A stretch of 64,000 bases of DNA, from the NCBI GenBank assembly GCA_002269645.1, contig NIVC01001448.1, forward strand, positions 124,001 to 188,000, written 5' to 3'. Position numbers and translations under genes: made by a program. Each line of letters starts with the position of its first letter. Positions within the stretch are counted from its first letter, which is position 1. This document shows positions 1 to 12,100 of this stretch, piece after piece. The stretch comes from Macrostomum lignano. Lineage: Eukaryota. The notes beneath the pieces were generated by a model. It saw nothing but the letters and a program-made list of their open reading frames with translations, had not been told where the DNA came from and did no database searches.

Positions 1-85
1 AGGACACCCTGGACTCGAGGTTCTGACCGCCGCCCCTGCGACGAGGTCGGTGGCGCTCTCTGATTGCACTCGATGCTCTTGCCCC

Positions 86-96
86 AACAACAACAA

Positions 97-149
<53 letters not shown>

Positions 150-150
150 G
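86..150 (+). repeat. (CAA)n microsatellite
   Basis: About 20 near-perfect CAA units; source of the poly-Asn ORF 50..238. Confidence 0.95.
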
Positions 151-284
151 AAACGGAAGACGCAACACGAAGCTGAGACAGTTTTTTGGCAATGCGATAT
201 TTATTGAAGTCTCAGAATTTCTCACAGAAATGCGATAGAAATAGGCGCTTTTAAATTTCTCGAAAATTTTATTAAATGAATGTC

Positions 285-730
285 TCAGCGTCTGTCTTAG
301 TATTTGTCTTAGTTTCTGTCTTGGTGTCCGTTTTAGTGTCTGTCTCATTGTCTGTCTCAGTGTCTGTCTCATTGTCTGTCTCAGGGTCTGTCTCTTTGTC
401 TGTCTCAGTGTCTGTCTCAGTGTCTGTCTTGGTGTCTGTCTCATTTTCTGTCTCAGTGTCTGTCTCAGTGTCTGTCTCAGTGTCTGTCTCAGTGTCTGTC
501 TCAGTGTCTGTCTCAGTGTCTGTCTCATTGTCTGTCTCAGTGTCTGTCTCAGTGTCTGTCTCAGTGTCTGTCTCAGTGTCTGTCTCAGTGTCTGTCTCAG
601 TGTCTGTCTCAGTGTCTGTCTCAGTGTCTGTCTCAGTGTCTGTCTCAGTGTCTGTCTCAGTGTCTGTCTCAGTGTCTGTCTCAGTGTCTGTCTCAGTGTC
701 TGTCTCAGTGTCTATCTCAGTGTCTGTCTT
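285..730 (+). repeat. 12-bp minisatellite (TCAGTGTCTGTC)n
   Basis: Direct tandem repetition; explains the SVSV ORF 276..800. Confidence 0.95.
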
Positions 731-1345
731 ACGAGTGCTAATTACGCTCGTATTTCACCCAAAGGTCCTACTCAGCTCCAGTCAAATCAAACAGTGCTAA
801 AAATCCAACATCAAAACCTCGAACTCTAATATTCGAGTTTGCATAACCAGAAGGCAACAAATGAGCTAAGCACTAAATTTGATCTCCAAAACAGCTGTCA
901 GAGGTTCAGACTGACAACAGATCACTCAGAATTCCCTCAAAACGGTCACTCAAATTACTCAAATTCAAATTTCACTCAACGTCAGTAAAATCCCAGACTG
1001 AAAAGCGGACCAACTGAAAAGTGAGATCATTTTCAAAGCCCATTGCTGACCATGTTGAATCTCATGGTCTGAGCGGGCAGATCGAGTTGTATTTTCCGGT
1101 TAAAATTATTCTGCAATGTTTAATTTGACAATTTCGGTTTGCAGAGAGCCGCACTGGAATCCCAACGCAGGGTAATTTGAGTCCCCTGCAGTCCCAACTG
1201 TGCTCAACTGTGAAACCCAGTTGAGTTGCAGAGCTAAAATTGCTCACAGACTCAGATAAACAGACAGACAGACTGCAATATTCTGACAAACATGACACAA
1301 ACATATGCGCAATGTTTATTTTCCTGCCCAAAGCCAGGCAGTGTC

Positions 1346-1353
1346 TATAAATA
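1346..1353 (+). promoter_or_regulatory. TATA box of the Cys-rich gene, followed by a probable 41-bp 5'UTR intron (1427-1467)
   Basis: TATAAATA about 130 bp upstream of ATG 1476; GTAAGT...TTCTCAG just before the ATG. Confidence 0.5.
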
Positions 1354-1475
1354 CACCAGAGCTGCAGAGTGAGCCTGCATTGCGTCTACAAAATTCAAAC
1401 GCTGCTTCATAAAATATTCAAAAAGAGTAAGTCAATTTTTTTAAGCTTTTCAGTTTTTTATTCTCAGCCAACTTC

Positions 1476-4400
1476 ATGAGAATTCATTTGCTCTCGCATC
1501 CCGCAGTGTCCCGCCTGCTTCTCGTTGTGCTGGCGGCCCTGCCAGTCCTGGCGTTTGGCGCCGCCGTCACCTGCCGCTACGGGGACCGCACGCTGCGGCC
1601 GGGCCAGAGCCACGTGTTTGAGCAGAACTGCGCCAGGCACAACTGCACCTGCAGCCCCGGTGTGGCTGGCAGCGACATGTGCAAATCTACCATGAGTGAG
1701 TAGTCTGGTGCTGGCGCCCCTGATGCTGGCGCCCCTGGTGCTGGCGCCCCTGGTGCTGGCGCCTCTGGTGCTGGCGCCTCTGGTGCTGGCGCCTCTGGTG
1801 CTGGCGCCACTGGTGCTGGCGCCTCTGGTGCTGGCGCCTCTGGTGCTGGCGCCTCTGGTGCTGGCGCCTCTGGTGCTGGCGCCTCTGGTGCTGGCGCCTC
1901 TGGTGCTGGCGCCTCTGGTGCTGGCGCCTCTGGTGCTGGCGCCTCTGGTGCTGGCGCCTCTGGTGCTGGCGCCTCTGGTGCTGGCGCCTCTGGTGCTGGC
2001 GCCTCTGGTGCTGGCGCCTCTGGTGCTGGCGCCTCTGGTGCTGGCTCCTCTGGTGCTGGCGCCTCTGGTGCTGGCGTCTCTGGTGCTGGCGCCTCTGGTG
2101 CTGGCGCCTCTGGTGCTGGCGCCTCTGGTGCTGGCGCCTCTGGTGCTGGCGCCTCTGGTGCTGGCGCCTCTGGTGCTGGCGCCTCTGGTGCTGGCGCCTC
2201 TGGTGCTGGCGCCTCTGGTGCTGGCGCCTCTGGTGCTGGCGCCTCTGGTGCTGGCGCCTCTGGTGCTGGCGCCTCTGGTGCTGGCGCCTCTGGTGCTGGC
2301 GCCTCTGGTGCTGGCGCTTCTGGTGCTGAAACCTGATTAAATATCCCCGATGTGTCTTGCTGTGAAAATTAGAAAAATCTTATTTACCTTGTCCGCTCAA
2401 CTGCTCAATTTACTTCCAATTGCAGTCGGCTGCCTGGAGAGCAGCGGCAGCAGGTGCTACAAGGCTGGCGAGACCGCCACGGTGACCGGCGCCAGCGGCC
2501 CGATGCACTGCGTCTGCCAGCGGGACTCTGACGGCTCGTTCACCTTCGCCAACTGCAGAACTGGTGAGTGCGAGGGCTGTCCCAGGTTTAGTGCTGTAGA
2601 CTAGCGCTGCTGCCCCCCCCCCGCTGGGGAACCCCGGTTTCTATTGTTGGCGTGCTTGAAAGAAGATCTATGTATAGTTACTGAAGAAGAATATTGTGCC
2701 GTTTTAGTGTCACAAGAGATAACTGTCCTTTGGGTGACCCCCTGTCTCTTTGTGGGCGCCCCTGTCTATTGCGTTGGCGCCCCTGTCTCTTAGGTTGGCG
2801 CCCCTGTCTCTTTGTTGGCGCCCTTGTCTCTTAGGTTGGCGCCATTGTCTCTTAGGTTGACGCCCCTGTCTCTTAGGTTGGCGCCCCTGTCTCTTAGGTT
2901 GGCGCCCCTGTCTCTTAGATTGGTGCCCTTGTCTCTTAGGTTGACGCCCCTGTCTCTTAGGTTGGCGCCCTCGTCTCTTAGGTTGGCGCCCTTGTCTCTT
3001 AGGTTGGCGCCTCGTCTTTTAGGTTGGCGCCCCTGTCTCTTAGGTTCGCGACCCTGTCTCTTAGGTTGGCACCCCTGTCTCTAGGTTGGCGCCCTTGTCT
3101 CTTAGGTGTGCGCCCTTGTCTCTTAGGTTGGCGCCCCCGTCTTTTAGGTTGGCGCCCCTGTCTCTTAGGTTCGCGCCCCTGTCTCTTAGGTTGGCACCCC
3201 TGTCTCTAGGTTGGCGCCCTTGTCTCTTAGGTGTGCGCCCTTGTCTCTTAGGTGTGCGCCCTTGTCTCTTAGGTTGGCGCCCCCGTCTTTTAGGTTGGCG
3301 CCCCTGTCTCTTAGGTTCGCGCCCCTGTCTCTTAGGTTGGCACCCCTGTCTCTAGGTTGGCGCCCTTGTCTCTTAGGTGTGCGCCCTTGTCTCTTAGGTG
3401 TGCGCCCTTGTCTCTTAGGTTGGCGCCCCCGTCTTTTAGGTTGGCGCCCCTGTCTCTTAGGTTCGCGCCCCTGTCTCTTAGGTTGGCACCCCTGTCTCTA
3501 GGTTGGCGCCCTTGTCTCTTAGGTGTGCGCCCTTGTCTCTTAGGTGTGCGCCCTTGTCTCTTAGGTTGGCGCCCCTGACTCTTAGGTTGGCGTCCCTTTC
3601 TCTTAGGTTGGCGCCCCTGTCTATTAGGTTGGCGACCCCATCTTTTAGGTTGGCGCCCCTGTCTCTTAGGTTGGCGCCCCTGTCTGTTGGTGGGCGCCCT
3701 TGTCTCTTGGTGGGCGCCCCTGTCTTTCAGGTTGGCGCCCCTGTCTCTTAGGTTGGCGCCCCTGTCTCTTTGTTGGCGCCCTTGTCTCTTAGGTTGGCGC
3801 CATTGTCTCTTAGGTTGACGCCCCTGTCTCTTAGGTTGGCGCCCCTGTCTCTTAGATTGGTGCCCTTGTCTCTTAGGTTGACGCCCCTGTCTCTTAGGCT
3901 GGCGCCCTCGTCTCTTAGGTTGGCGCCCTTGTCTCTTAGGTTGGCGCCTCGTCTTTTAGGTTGGCGCCCCTGTCTGTTGGTGGGCGCCCTTGTCTCTTGG
4001 TGGGCGCCCCTGTCTTTCAGGTTGGCGCCCCTGTCTCTTAGGTTGGCGCCCCTGTCTCTTTGTTGGCGCCCTTGTCTCTTAGGTTGGCGCCATTGTCTCT
4101 TAGGTTGACGCCCCTGTCTCTTAGGTTGGCGCCCCTGTCTCTTAGATTGGTGCCCTTGTCTCTTAGGTTGACGCCCCTGTCTCTTAGGTTGGCGCCCTCG
4201 TCTCTTAGGTTGGCGCCCTTGTCTCTTAGGTTGGCGCCTCGTCTTTTAGGTTGGCGCCCCTGTCTCTTAGGTTCGCGACCCTGTCTCTTAGGTTGGCACC
4301 CCTGTCTCTAGGTTGGCGCCCTTGTCTCTTAGGTGTGCGCCCTTGTCTCTTAGGTTGGCGCCCCCGTCTTTTAGGTTGGCGCCCCTGTCTCTTAGGTTCG

Positions 4401-6332
4401 CGCCCCTGTCTCTTAGGTTGGCACCCCTGTCTCTAGGTTGGCGCCCTTGTCTCTTAGGTGTGCGCCCTTGTCTCTTAGGTGTGCGCCCTTGTCTCTTAGG
4501 TTGGCGCCCCCGTCTTTTAGGTTGGCGCCCCTGTCTCTTAGGTTCGCGCCCCTGTCTCTTAGGTTGGCACCCCTGTCTCTAGGTTGGCGCCCTTGTCTCT
4601 TAGGTGTGCGCCCTTGTCTCTTAGGTGTGCGCCCTTGTCTCTTAGGTTGGCGCCCCCGTCTTTTAGGTTGGCGCCCCTGTCTCTTAGGTTCGCGCCCCTG
4701 TCTCTTAGGTTGGCACCCCTGTCTCTAGGTTGGCGCCCTTGTCTCTTAGGTGTGCGCCCTTGTCTCTTAGGTGTGCGCCCTTGTCTCTTAGGTTGGCGCC
4801 CCTGTCTATTAGGTTGGCGACCCCATCTTTTAGGTTGGCGCCCCTGTCTCTTAGGTTGGCGCCCCTGTCTGTTGGTGGGCGCCCTTGTCTCTTGGTGGGC
4901 GCCCCTGTCTTTCAGGTTGGCGCCCCTGTCTCTTAGGTTGGCGCCCTTGTCTCTTAGGTTGGCGCCCCTGTCTCTTAGGTTGGCGCCCCTGTCTCTTAGG
5001 TTGGCGCCCCTGTCTCTTGGTTAGCGCCCCTGTCTCTTAGGTTGGCGCCCCTGTCTCTTAGGTTGGCGCCCTTGTCTCTTAGGTTGGCGCCCCTGTCTCT
5101 TAGGTTGGCGCCCTTGTCTCTTAGGTTGGCGCCCCTGTCTCTTAGGTTGGCGCCCCTGTCTATTAGGTTGGTGCCCCCGTCTTTTAGGTTTGCGCCCCTG
5201 TCTCTTAGGTTGGCGCCCCTGTCTGTTGGTGGGCGCCCCTGTCTCTTGGTGGGCGCCCTTGTCTCTTGGTGGGTGCCCCTGTCTCTTGGTGGGCGCCCTT
5301 GTCTCTTGGTGGGCGCCCCTGTCTCTTTGTGGGCGCCCCTGTCTCTTATTGGGCGCCCCTGTCTCTTGGTGGGCGCCCCTGTCTCTTGGTGGGCGCGCTT
5401 GTCTCTTGGTGAGCACCCTTGTCTCTTAGGTGTGCGCCCTTGTCTCTTAGGTTGGCGCCCTTGTGTCTTAGGTTGGCGCCCTGTCTTTTGGTGGGCGTTC
5501 CTTTCTCTTGGGTACGTGGACGTCCCTGCATCTTGTACGGGCATTTTCCCATGACCTTTCCAGGAACTGGCTAAATGGAGCTCCTGTCATTTATGTCAGT
5601 CCTTTTTCATTTAGTTGTCGAAGGAGCCCCCAGCCCCCGCTATCGCACGCCACTGAGCTCCAAATCTCTGCCGACTCCCGCAGAGACCTGCAGGGACATC
5701 CGAACCGGGGAGGCCAAGCAGAAGGGCCAGCAGGTCACCACAGTGAGCGGCGGCGTCACCTACATTTGCACCTGCGCCGGAGTTGACGGCTTCCAGAACT
5801 GCCGCACCGAGGAGGCTGTGCGCAACGAGGGCAGGTGCCTGGACGCGGCCTCCGGCAGCTACGTGGAGGTCGGCGCCCCGGCCACCACCGAGCGGGACGG
5901 AGCCGTCCTGCACTGCACCTGCGGCGGCACCAATGCCTACGTGAACTGCCGGTCTCCGCTCTGCAAAGACGTCAGCGGATCCGACAAGAAGGCCGGCGAG
6001 AAAGTGACGGTGGAGAACGGCGGCGTGATGTTCGTGTGCGACTGCGCCGGGCTGGAAGGCTACAGGAACTGCCTGACCAAGGAGCAGTTCGACAACGCCG
6101 GCAAGTGCAAGGACATCGAGGGCCGCTACGTGGATCGCGGCCAGCGCTACCGGGTGCGCTACGGCGGGGTGCGCTACGAGTGCACCTGCGACGGGGACAA
6201 CCGGGGCAAGGAGTGCAGCGGTGAGTAGCAAAATTATGAGTAGCTTGATTAGCTTGTGAGTTCGCCCTGACTAACCTGTCCCTCTGTAATTATGAGTAGC
6301 TGATGATTCCAATTCTCATTTCAGCTCTGTGA
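1476..6332 (+). CDS. Secreted Cys-rich protein (~300 aa) with six tandem FN1/VWC-like modules; exons 1476-1695, 2426-2563, 5684-6220, 6325-6332
   Basis: Hydrophobic signal peptide (MRIHLLSHPAVSRLLLVVLAALPVLAFG). All three introns are phase 1 with GTGAGT donors and CAG acceptors, and the spliced length is 903 nt. Modules 3-6 follow C-x24/25-C-x-C-x8-C. The final 8-nt exon (…A-L-stop) is the least certain part. Confidence 0.8.
1704..2330 (+). repeat. 15-bp intronic minisatellite (CTGGTGCTGGCGCCT)n
   Basis: About 41 near-identical units filling intron 1; source of the LVLAP ORF. Confidence 0.97.
2740..5510 (+). repeat. 21-bp intronic minisatellite (GTTGGCGCCCCTGTCTCTTAG)n with ~1227-bp higher-order duplication
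   Basis: Tandem units; identical variant patterns recur at an offset of 1227 (ORFs 3024/4251, 3086/4313, 3211/4438, 3357/4584). Confidence 0.95.
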
Positions 6333-6569
6333 GCACCTGTGCATCTGCGCATGAACGGTAATGAAAACTGGCGTTATGCAAAACACATTTATTCAAGATT
6401 GACCATCTGTGTTCCAGCAATATTTTAGTCAGCAATATGCATAAAAATATACTGATAATTAAATAATCTGCTGCTTCTGCTGATGGTTGATGGTAAAAGC
6501 ATATACTGATCAGCGCATTTATTTCGTTTTTTTATCTTATTCATTAAGAGGGTTGCCAGGGGTGACAGG

Positions 6570-6850
6570 CTAGGAGTGGCAGGAGTGACAGAAATGTAAG
6601 GGGGAGGAGTGACAGAAGTGACAGTAGTGACAAGATTGACATAGGTGAGAGGAGTGATAGGGCTGAGAGGAGTGTGACAGGGCTGAGAGGAGTGACAGGG
6701 CTGAGAGGAGTGATATGGCTGAGAGGAGTGATAGGGATGAGAGGAGTGACAGGGCTGAGAGGAGTGACAGGGCTGAGAGGAGTGACAAGGTGACATGAGT
6801 GACAGAAGTGACAGAGTGATAATGACAGTTAAGTGACAGTATAGTGACAG
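6570..6850 (+). repeat. Degenerate 18-bp repeat (GGCTGAGAGGAGTGACAG)n
   Basis: Direct repetition. Confidence 0.85.
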
Positions 6851-7469
6851 ATATCAATTTCGTGAGCTTTCTTGAATAATAACTGTCTTATAGTTATTTG
6901 ACCTACTGATTGAAGCTTTTTAAATGCATGTAGACTCATTTGACATAGTTGGACTACTTGAAGTAGCTGAATCGGATTGAACAACTATATATTTCAATTT
7001 TCATTGATTTATCTTATGCTAATTTCTATTTTATACGTGGCTTCGCTTTTAAATCTTATTTTTGTAAATTTTATGCCATCTCACGAGTGAGAGGAAACAG
7101 ATTTTAAGAAATTCTCCGATTGGAAATTCTAATACACTTCGAAGATTAGAATAGCCTTGGCCATGGACTTTTAATTTAAAAAATCTGGACGAGAAAGTAA
7201 AAAATGAAATCCTTGAATTACATTTCCACCCAATAGAAGAGAGGGATAATTAATTCCAGAAATATGGGGGGGGGGGCAGAAATGAAGGACAGACAGACAG
7301 ATGGTCCAAAGTTCCTGGCGGCCTCTAAAGTAATTGCTTCAAGGGTAGTTCTCTTTTCAAATTGGCAGTCCTTTTTGAAGAGTTGGATTTTGCTTGCTGA
7401 GATAAGTGATTGGCTTGAATAGAATGATGCTTGGCTGCCTCAGATTTGAGGGTGTATTTAGTCTTGTCT

Positions 7470-8025
7470 TCATGAGAGCGCCACAACTTTAATCTGGTCT
7501 TCCTAAGGACGCCACAACTTTAATCTGGTCTTCCTAAGGGCGCCGCAACTTTAGTCTTGGGCTTCATGAGGGCGCCACAACTTTAGCCCTGGTCTTCATG
7601 AGGGCGCCACAACTTAAGTCCTGGTCTTCATGAGGGCGCCACAACTTAAGTCCTGGTCTTTATGAGGGCGCCACAACTTTAGCCCTGGTCTTCATGAGGG
7701 CGCCACAACTTAAGTCCTGGGCTTCATGAGGGCGCCACAACTTTAGTCTTGGGCTTCATGATGGCGCCACAACTTAAGTCCTGGTCTTCATGAGGGCGCC
7801 ACAACTTTAGTCTTGGGCTTCATGATGGCGCCACAACTTAAGTCCTGGGCTTCATGAGGGCGCCACAACTTTAGTCTTGGGCTTCATGAGGGCGCCACAA
7901 CTTTAGTCTTGGGCTTCATGAGGGCGCCACAACTTTAGCCCTGGTCTTCATGAGGGCGCCACAACTTTAGTCTTGGGCTTCATGAGGGCGCCACAACTTT
8001 AGCCCTGGTCTTCATGAGGGCACCA
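7470..8025 (+). repeat. 32-bp minisatellite (CATGAGGGCGCCACAACTTTAGTCTTGGGCTT)n
   Basis: About 17 units. Confidence 0.93.
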
Positions 8026-9148
8026 CACGACCTCACGCAGTTTATGGTTTTGGCGCCAGGCACAGTTTTGCTGAGGTGGAGTGGGTTTTGGCCTGTTCCA
8101 TTTCTAGCAAGAGTACTAAAAACTTCCCCCTGAAATTTTCAGCTCCGTGATCTGACCTCAAGTCCATTAGCGACAATGATCAAACCAAATGGTTATTACT
8201 GTTATTATCAGTAATTATCAATTAGTTGTCAGAGTCTCATGCAGATTGAACAGTATCAAATCTGACGGGTCTTCCCCAGAGGGACCCGAGACCCGAGACC
8301 CGAGTCTTGAAGGGTTATCCAGGATGACAGGCAGCCAACTTATTATTACAAGATTAACTGTGTCAGTGTCCTTTCAGAATTGCCCTATCGCTTTCATTTC
8401 AGTTAGAAATCTGACAGTCTGAGGTCTGGAATCGGGGGACTGTACTCTGCAACTCAAGCTCCCGTGCTTTGGCCTGAGTCCTCTCGCCTCCCTCTCCCAG
8501 ATCTCTTCCAGCAGACAGTCCCGTCTTACCCCTAAACCCGATTGGCTGTCACGGGGGTAGGGAAGACACCAGATCCCGCTCTCTCTCTCTCTCGCTCTGC
8601 TCCCATTTGCATTTCCCATCTCCCATTCCATGCCCAGTCCAAAAAACAAAATCCCTAGGGGAGAGACGGTAAAAAAGCTGGGGGACAGAAAGGACTTGGG
8701 GATTAGAGATAAAACACACCGACTTTACAGCCCCAGCTCCAATAGGAAAACTACTCGTTGGAGATTCGCAAGAGCCGTTAAGTAAAGAAAGTCAACTTGC
8801 AAGTCTATTTTCTTCTGTTCTTCCTTGCATTGCCAAGCCGCCCCCACCCAATCACCCCCAAGACGCCAACAGTTGTTCTTACAAGGTTTTAAAGACAGAC
8901 ATTAGTTGGCTTGTCAGTGTGTCTAGGAAGAAAATATTTTTAGGGTATAAGATTTATATTTGTGTCAGTTTACCCTCTGGCTTAGATATATGTAAGACAC
9001 GCCGACTGCTTGAGGTGCTCAGCAGAGTTTTCAAAGCTCTGCTGAGAGACACATAGAAGAAACCCGATATGAGCTGAGCTGACTAAAAAAATTGTTCCCC
9101 AAGTTGCTTTTGCTCTGAAGGAAAGTCGGACCAAAAGAGTGATCGACG

Positions 9149-12100
9149 ATGAGCTGCTGCAGTGCTCTCTGCTTTTGCTGCTACCTGATACTGGTTGGAT
9201 CTGCTTCTTCAAATGTACAGCCATCTGGGCCGGCAGCTCCCGCTGAAGTTGGCAACGGCAGCGTCAGCGAAGGCTTGAACTCGGCCAGGCTGTCCGGCGC
9301 CATCAAGAAGCTGATCTCCAACTATGACAACCGATTGAGGCCGAACTTTGGCAGTGAGTCAGTTTGTTGTTGATTTATTGATGCTCATGAAATAGGGTAA
9401 GATGCACTGAGTAGAGAGACATCCTGTGCCTGAAGTGTATGAAGATTTGGTCTTCAACTGGACATTCTAATTAGGCTTTTTGAGAACTGAAACTGAGACT
9501 GCCTTTAGTGTTGAAGACACCACGTTATTGAAAAGTGGACACCCTGTTATTGAAGAGTGGACACCATGTTATAGAAGAGTGGACACCCTACAGTATCGAA
9601 GAGTGGATACCCTGTTATTGAAGAGTGGACACCCTGCTATTGAAGAGTGGACACCCTGTTATTGAAGAGTGGACACCCTGTTATTGAAGAGTGGACACCA
9701 TGTTATAGAAGAGTGGACACCCTACAGTATCGAAGAGTGGACACCCTGCTATTGAAGAGTGGACACCCTGCTATTGAAGAGTGGACACCCTGTTATCAAA
9801 GAGTGGACACCCTGCTATTGAAGAGTGGACACCCTGTTATTGAAGAGTGGACACCCTGCTATTGAAAAGTGGACACCCTGTTATCAAAGAGTGGACACCC
9901 TGCTATTGAAGAGTGGACACCCTGTTATTGAAGAGTGGACACCCTGTTATTGAAGAGTGGACACCCTGTTATTGAAGAGTAGACACCCTGTTATTGAAGA
10001 GTGGACACCCTGTTATTGAAGAGTGGACACCCTGTTATTGAAGAGTGGACACCCTTTTATTGAAGAGTGGACACCCTGTTATTGAAGAGTGGACACCCTG
10101 TTATTGAAGAGTGGACACCCTGCTATTGAAGAGTGGACACCCTGTTATCAAAGAGTGGACACCCTGCTATTGAAGAGTGGACACCCTGTTATTGAAGAGT
10201 GGACACCCTGCTATTGAAGAGTGGACACCCTGTTATCAAAGAGTGGACACCCTGTTATTGAAGAGTGGACACCCTGCTATTGAAGAGTGGACACCCTGTT
10301 ATTGAAGAGTGGACACCCTGTTATCAAAGAGTGGACACCCTGCTATTGAAGAGGGGATACCCTGTTATTGAAGAGTGGACACCCTTTTATTGAAGAGTGG
10401 ACACCCTGTTATTGAAGAGTGGACACCCTGTTATTGAAGAGTGGACACCCTAATATTGAAGAGTGGACACCCTTTTATTGAAGAGTGGACACCCTGCTAT
10501 TGAAGAGGGGATACCCTGTTATTGAAGAGTGGACACCCTTTTATTGAAGAGTGGACACCCTGTTATTGAAGAGTGGACACCCTGTTATTGAAGAGTGGAC
10601 ACCCTGTTATCAAAGAGTGGACACCCTGTTATCAAAGAGTGGACACCCTGCTATTGAAGAGTGGACACCCTGTTATTGAAGAGTGGACACCCTGTTATTG
10701 ATGAGTGGACACCCTGTTATCAAAGAGTGGACACCCTGTTATTGAAGAGTGGACACCCTGCTATTGAAGAGTGGACACCCTGTTATTGAAGAGTGGACAC
10801 CCTGTTATCAAAGAGTGGACACCCTGCTATTGAAGAGGGGATACCCTGTTATTGAAGAGTGGACACCCTGCTATTTAAGAGTGGACACCCTGTTATTTAA
10901 GAGTGGACACCCTGTTATTGAAGAGTGGACACCCTAATATTGAAGAGTGGACACCCTTTTATTGAAGAGTGGACACCCTGCTATTGAAGAGGGGATACCC
11001 TGTTATTGAAGAGTGGACACCCTTTTATTGAAGAGTGGACACCCTGTTATTGAAGAGTGGACACCCTGTTATCAAAGAGTGGACACCCCGCTATTGAGGA
11101 GTGTGGACACCCTACAGTATCAAAGAGTGGACACCCTGCTATTGAAGAGTGGACACCCTGTTATTGAAGAGTGGACACCCTTTTATTGAAGAGTGGACAC
11201 CCTGCTATTGAAGAGTGGCCACCCTGTTATTGAAGAGTGGACACCCTGTTATTGAAGAGTGGACACCCTTTTATTGAAGAGTGGACACTCTGTTATTGAA
11301 GAGTGGACACCCTGTTATTGAAGAGTGGACACCCTGTTATTGAAGAGTGGACACCCTGTTATTGAAGAGTGGACACCCTGTTATTGAAGAGTGGACACCC
11401 TGTTATTGAAGAGGGGATACCCTGTTATTGAAGAGTGGACACCCTGTTATTGAAGAGTGGACACCCTGTTATTGAAGAGTGGACACCCTTTTATTGAAGA
11501 GTGGACACCCTGTTATTGAAGAGTGGACACCCTGTTATTGAAAAGTGGACACCCTGTTATTGAAGAGTGGACACCCTGTTATTGAAGAGTGGACACCCTG
11601 TTATTGAAGAGTGGACACCCTGCTATTGAAGAGTGGACACCCTGTTATTGAAGAGTGGACACCCTGTTGTTGAAGAGTGAACACCCTTTTGTTGAAGAGT
11701 GGACACCCTGCTATTGAAGAGTGGACACCCTGCTATTGAAGAGTGGACACCCTGCTATTGAAGAGTGGACACCCTGTTATTGAAGAGTGGACACCCTTTT
11801 ATTGAAGAGTGGACACCCTGTTATTGAAGAGTGGACACCATGTTATAGAAGAGTGGACACCCTGCTATCAAAGAGTGGACACCCTGCTATTGAAGAGTGG
11901 ACACCCTGCTATTGAAGAGTGGACACCCTGTTATCAAAGAGTGGACACCCTGCTATTGAAGAGTGGACACCCTGTTATCAAAGAGTGGACACCCTGCTAT
12001 TGAAGAGTGGACACCCTGTTATTGAAGAGTGGACACCCTGTTATTGAAGAGTGGACACCCTGCTATTAAAGAGTGGACACCCTGCTATTGAAGAGTGGAC

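Noticed and set aside
1-238. Possible 3' end of an upstream coding exon
   Set aside because: Too short and dominated by a CAA microsatellite to support a call.
276-5554. Long ORFs such as SVSV, LVLAP and LAPLSLR
   Set aside because: They are translations of stop-free minisatellites lying in introns or intergenic DNA, with no coding signature.
5611-6231. Antisense and alternative-frame ORFs over GC-rich exons (also 28539, 37403, 43000, 47828, 55751)
   Set aside because: They are shadow ORFs of codon-biased real exons.
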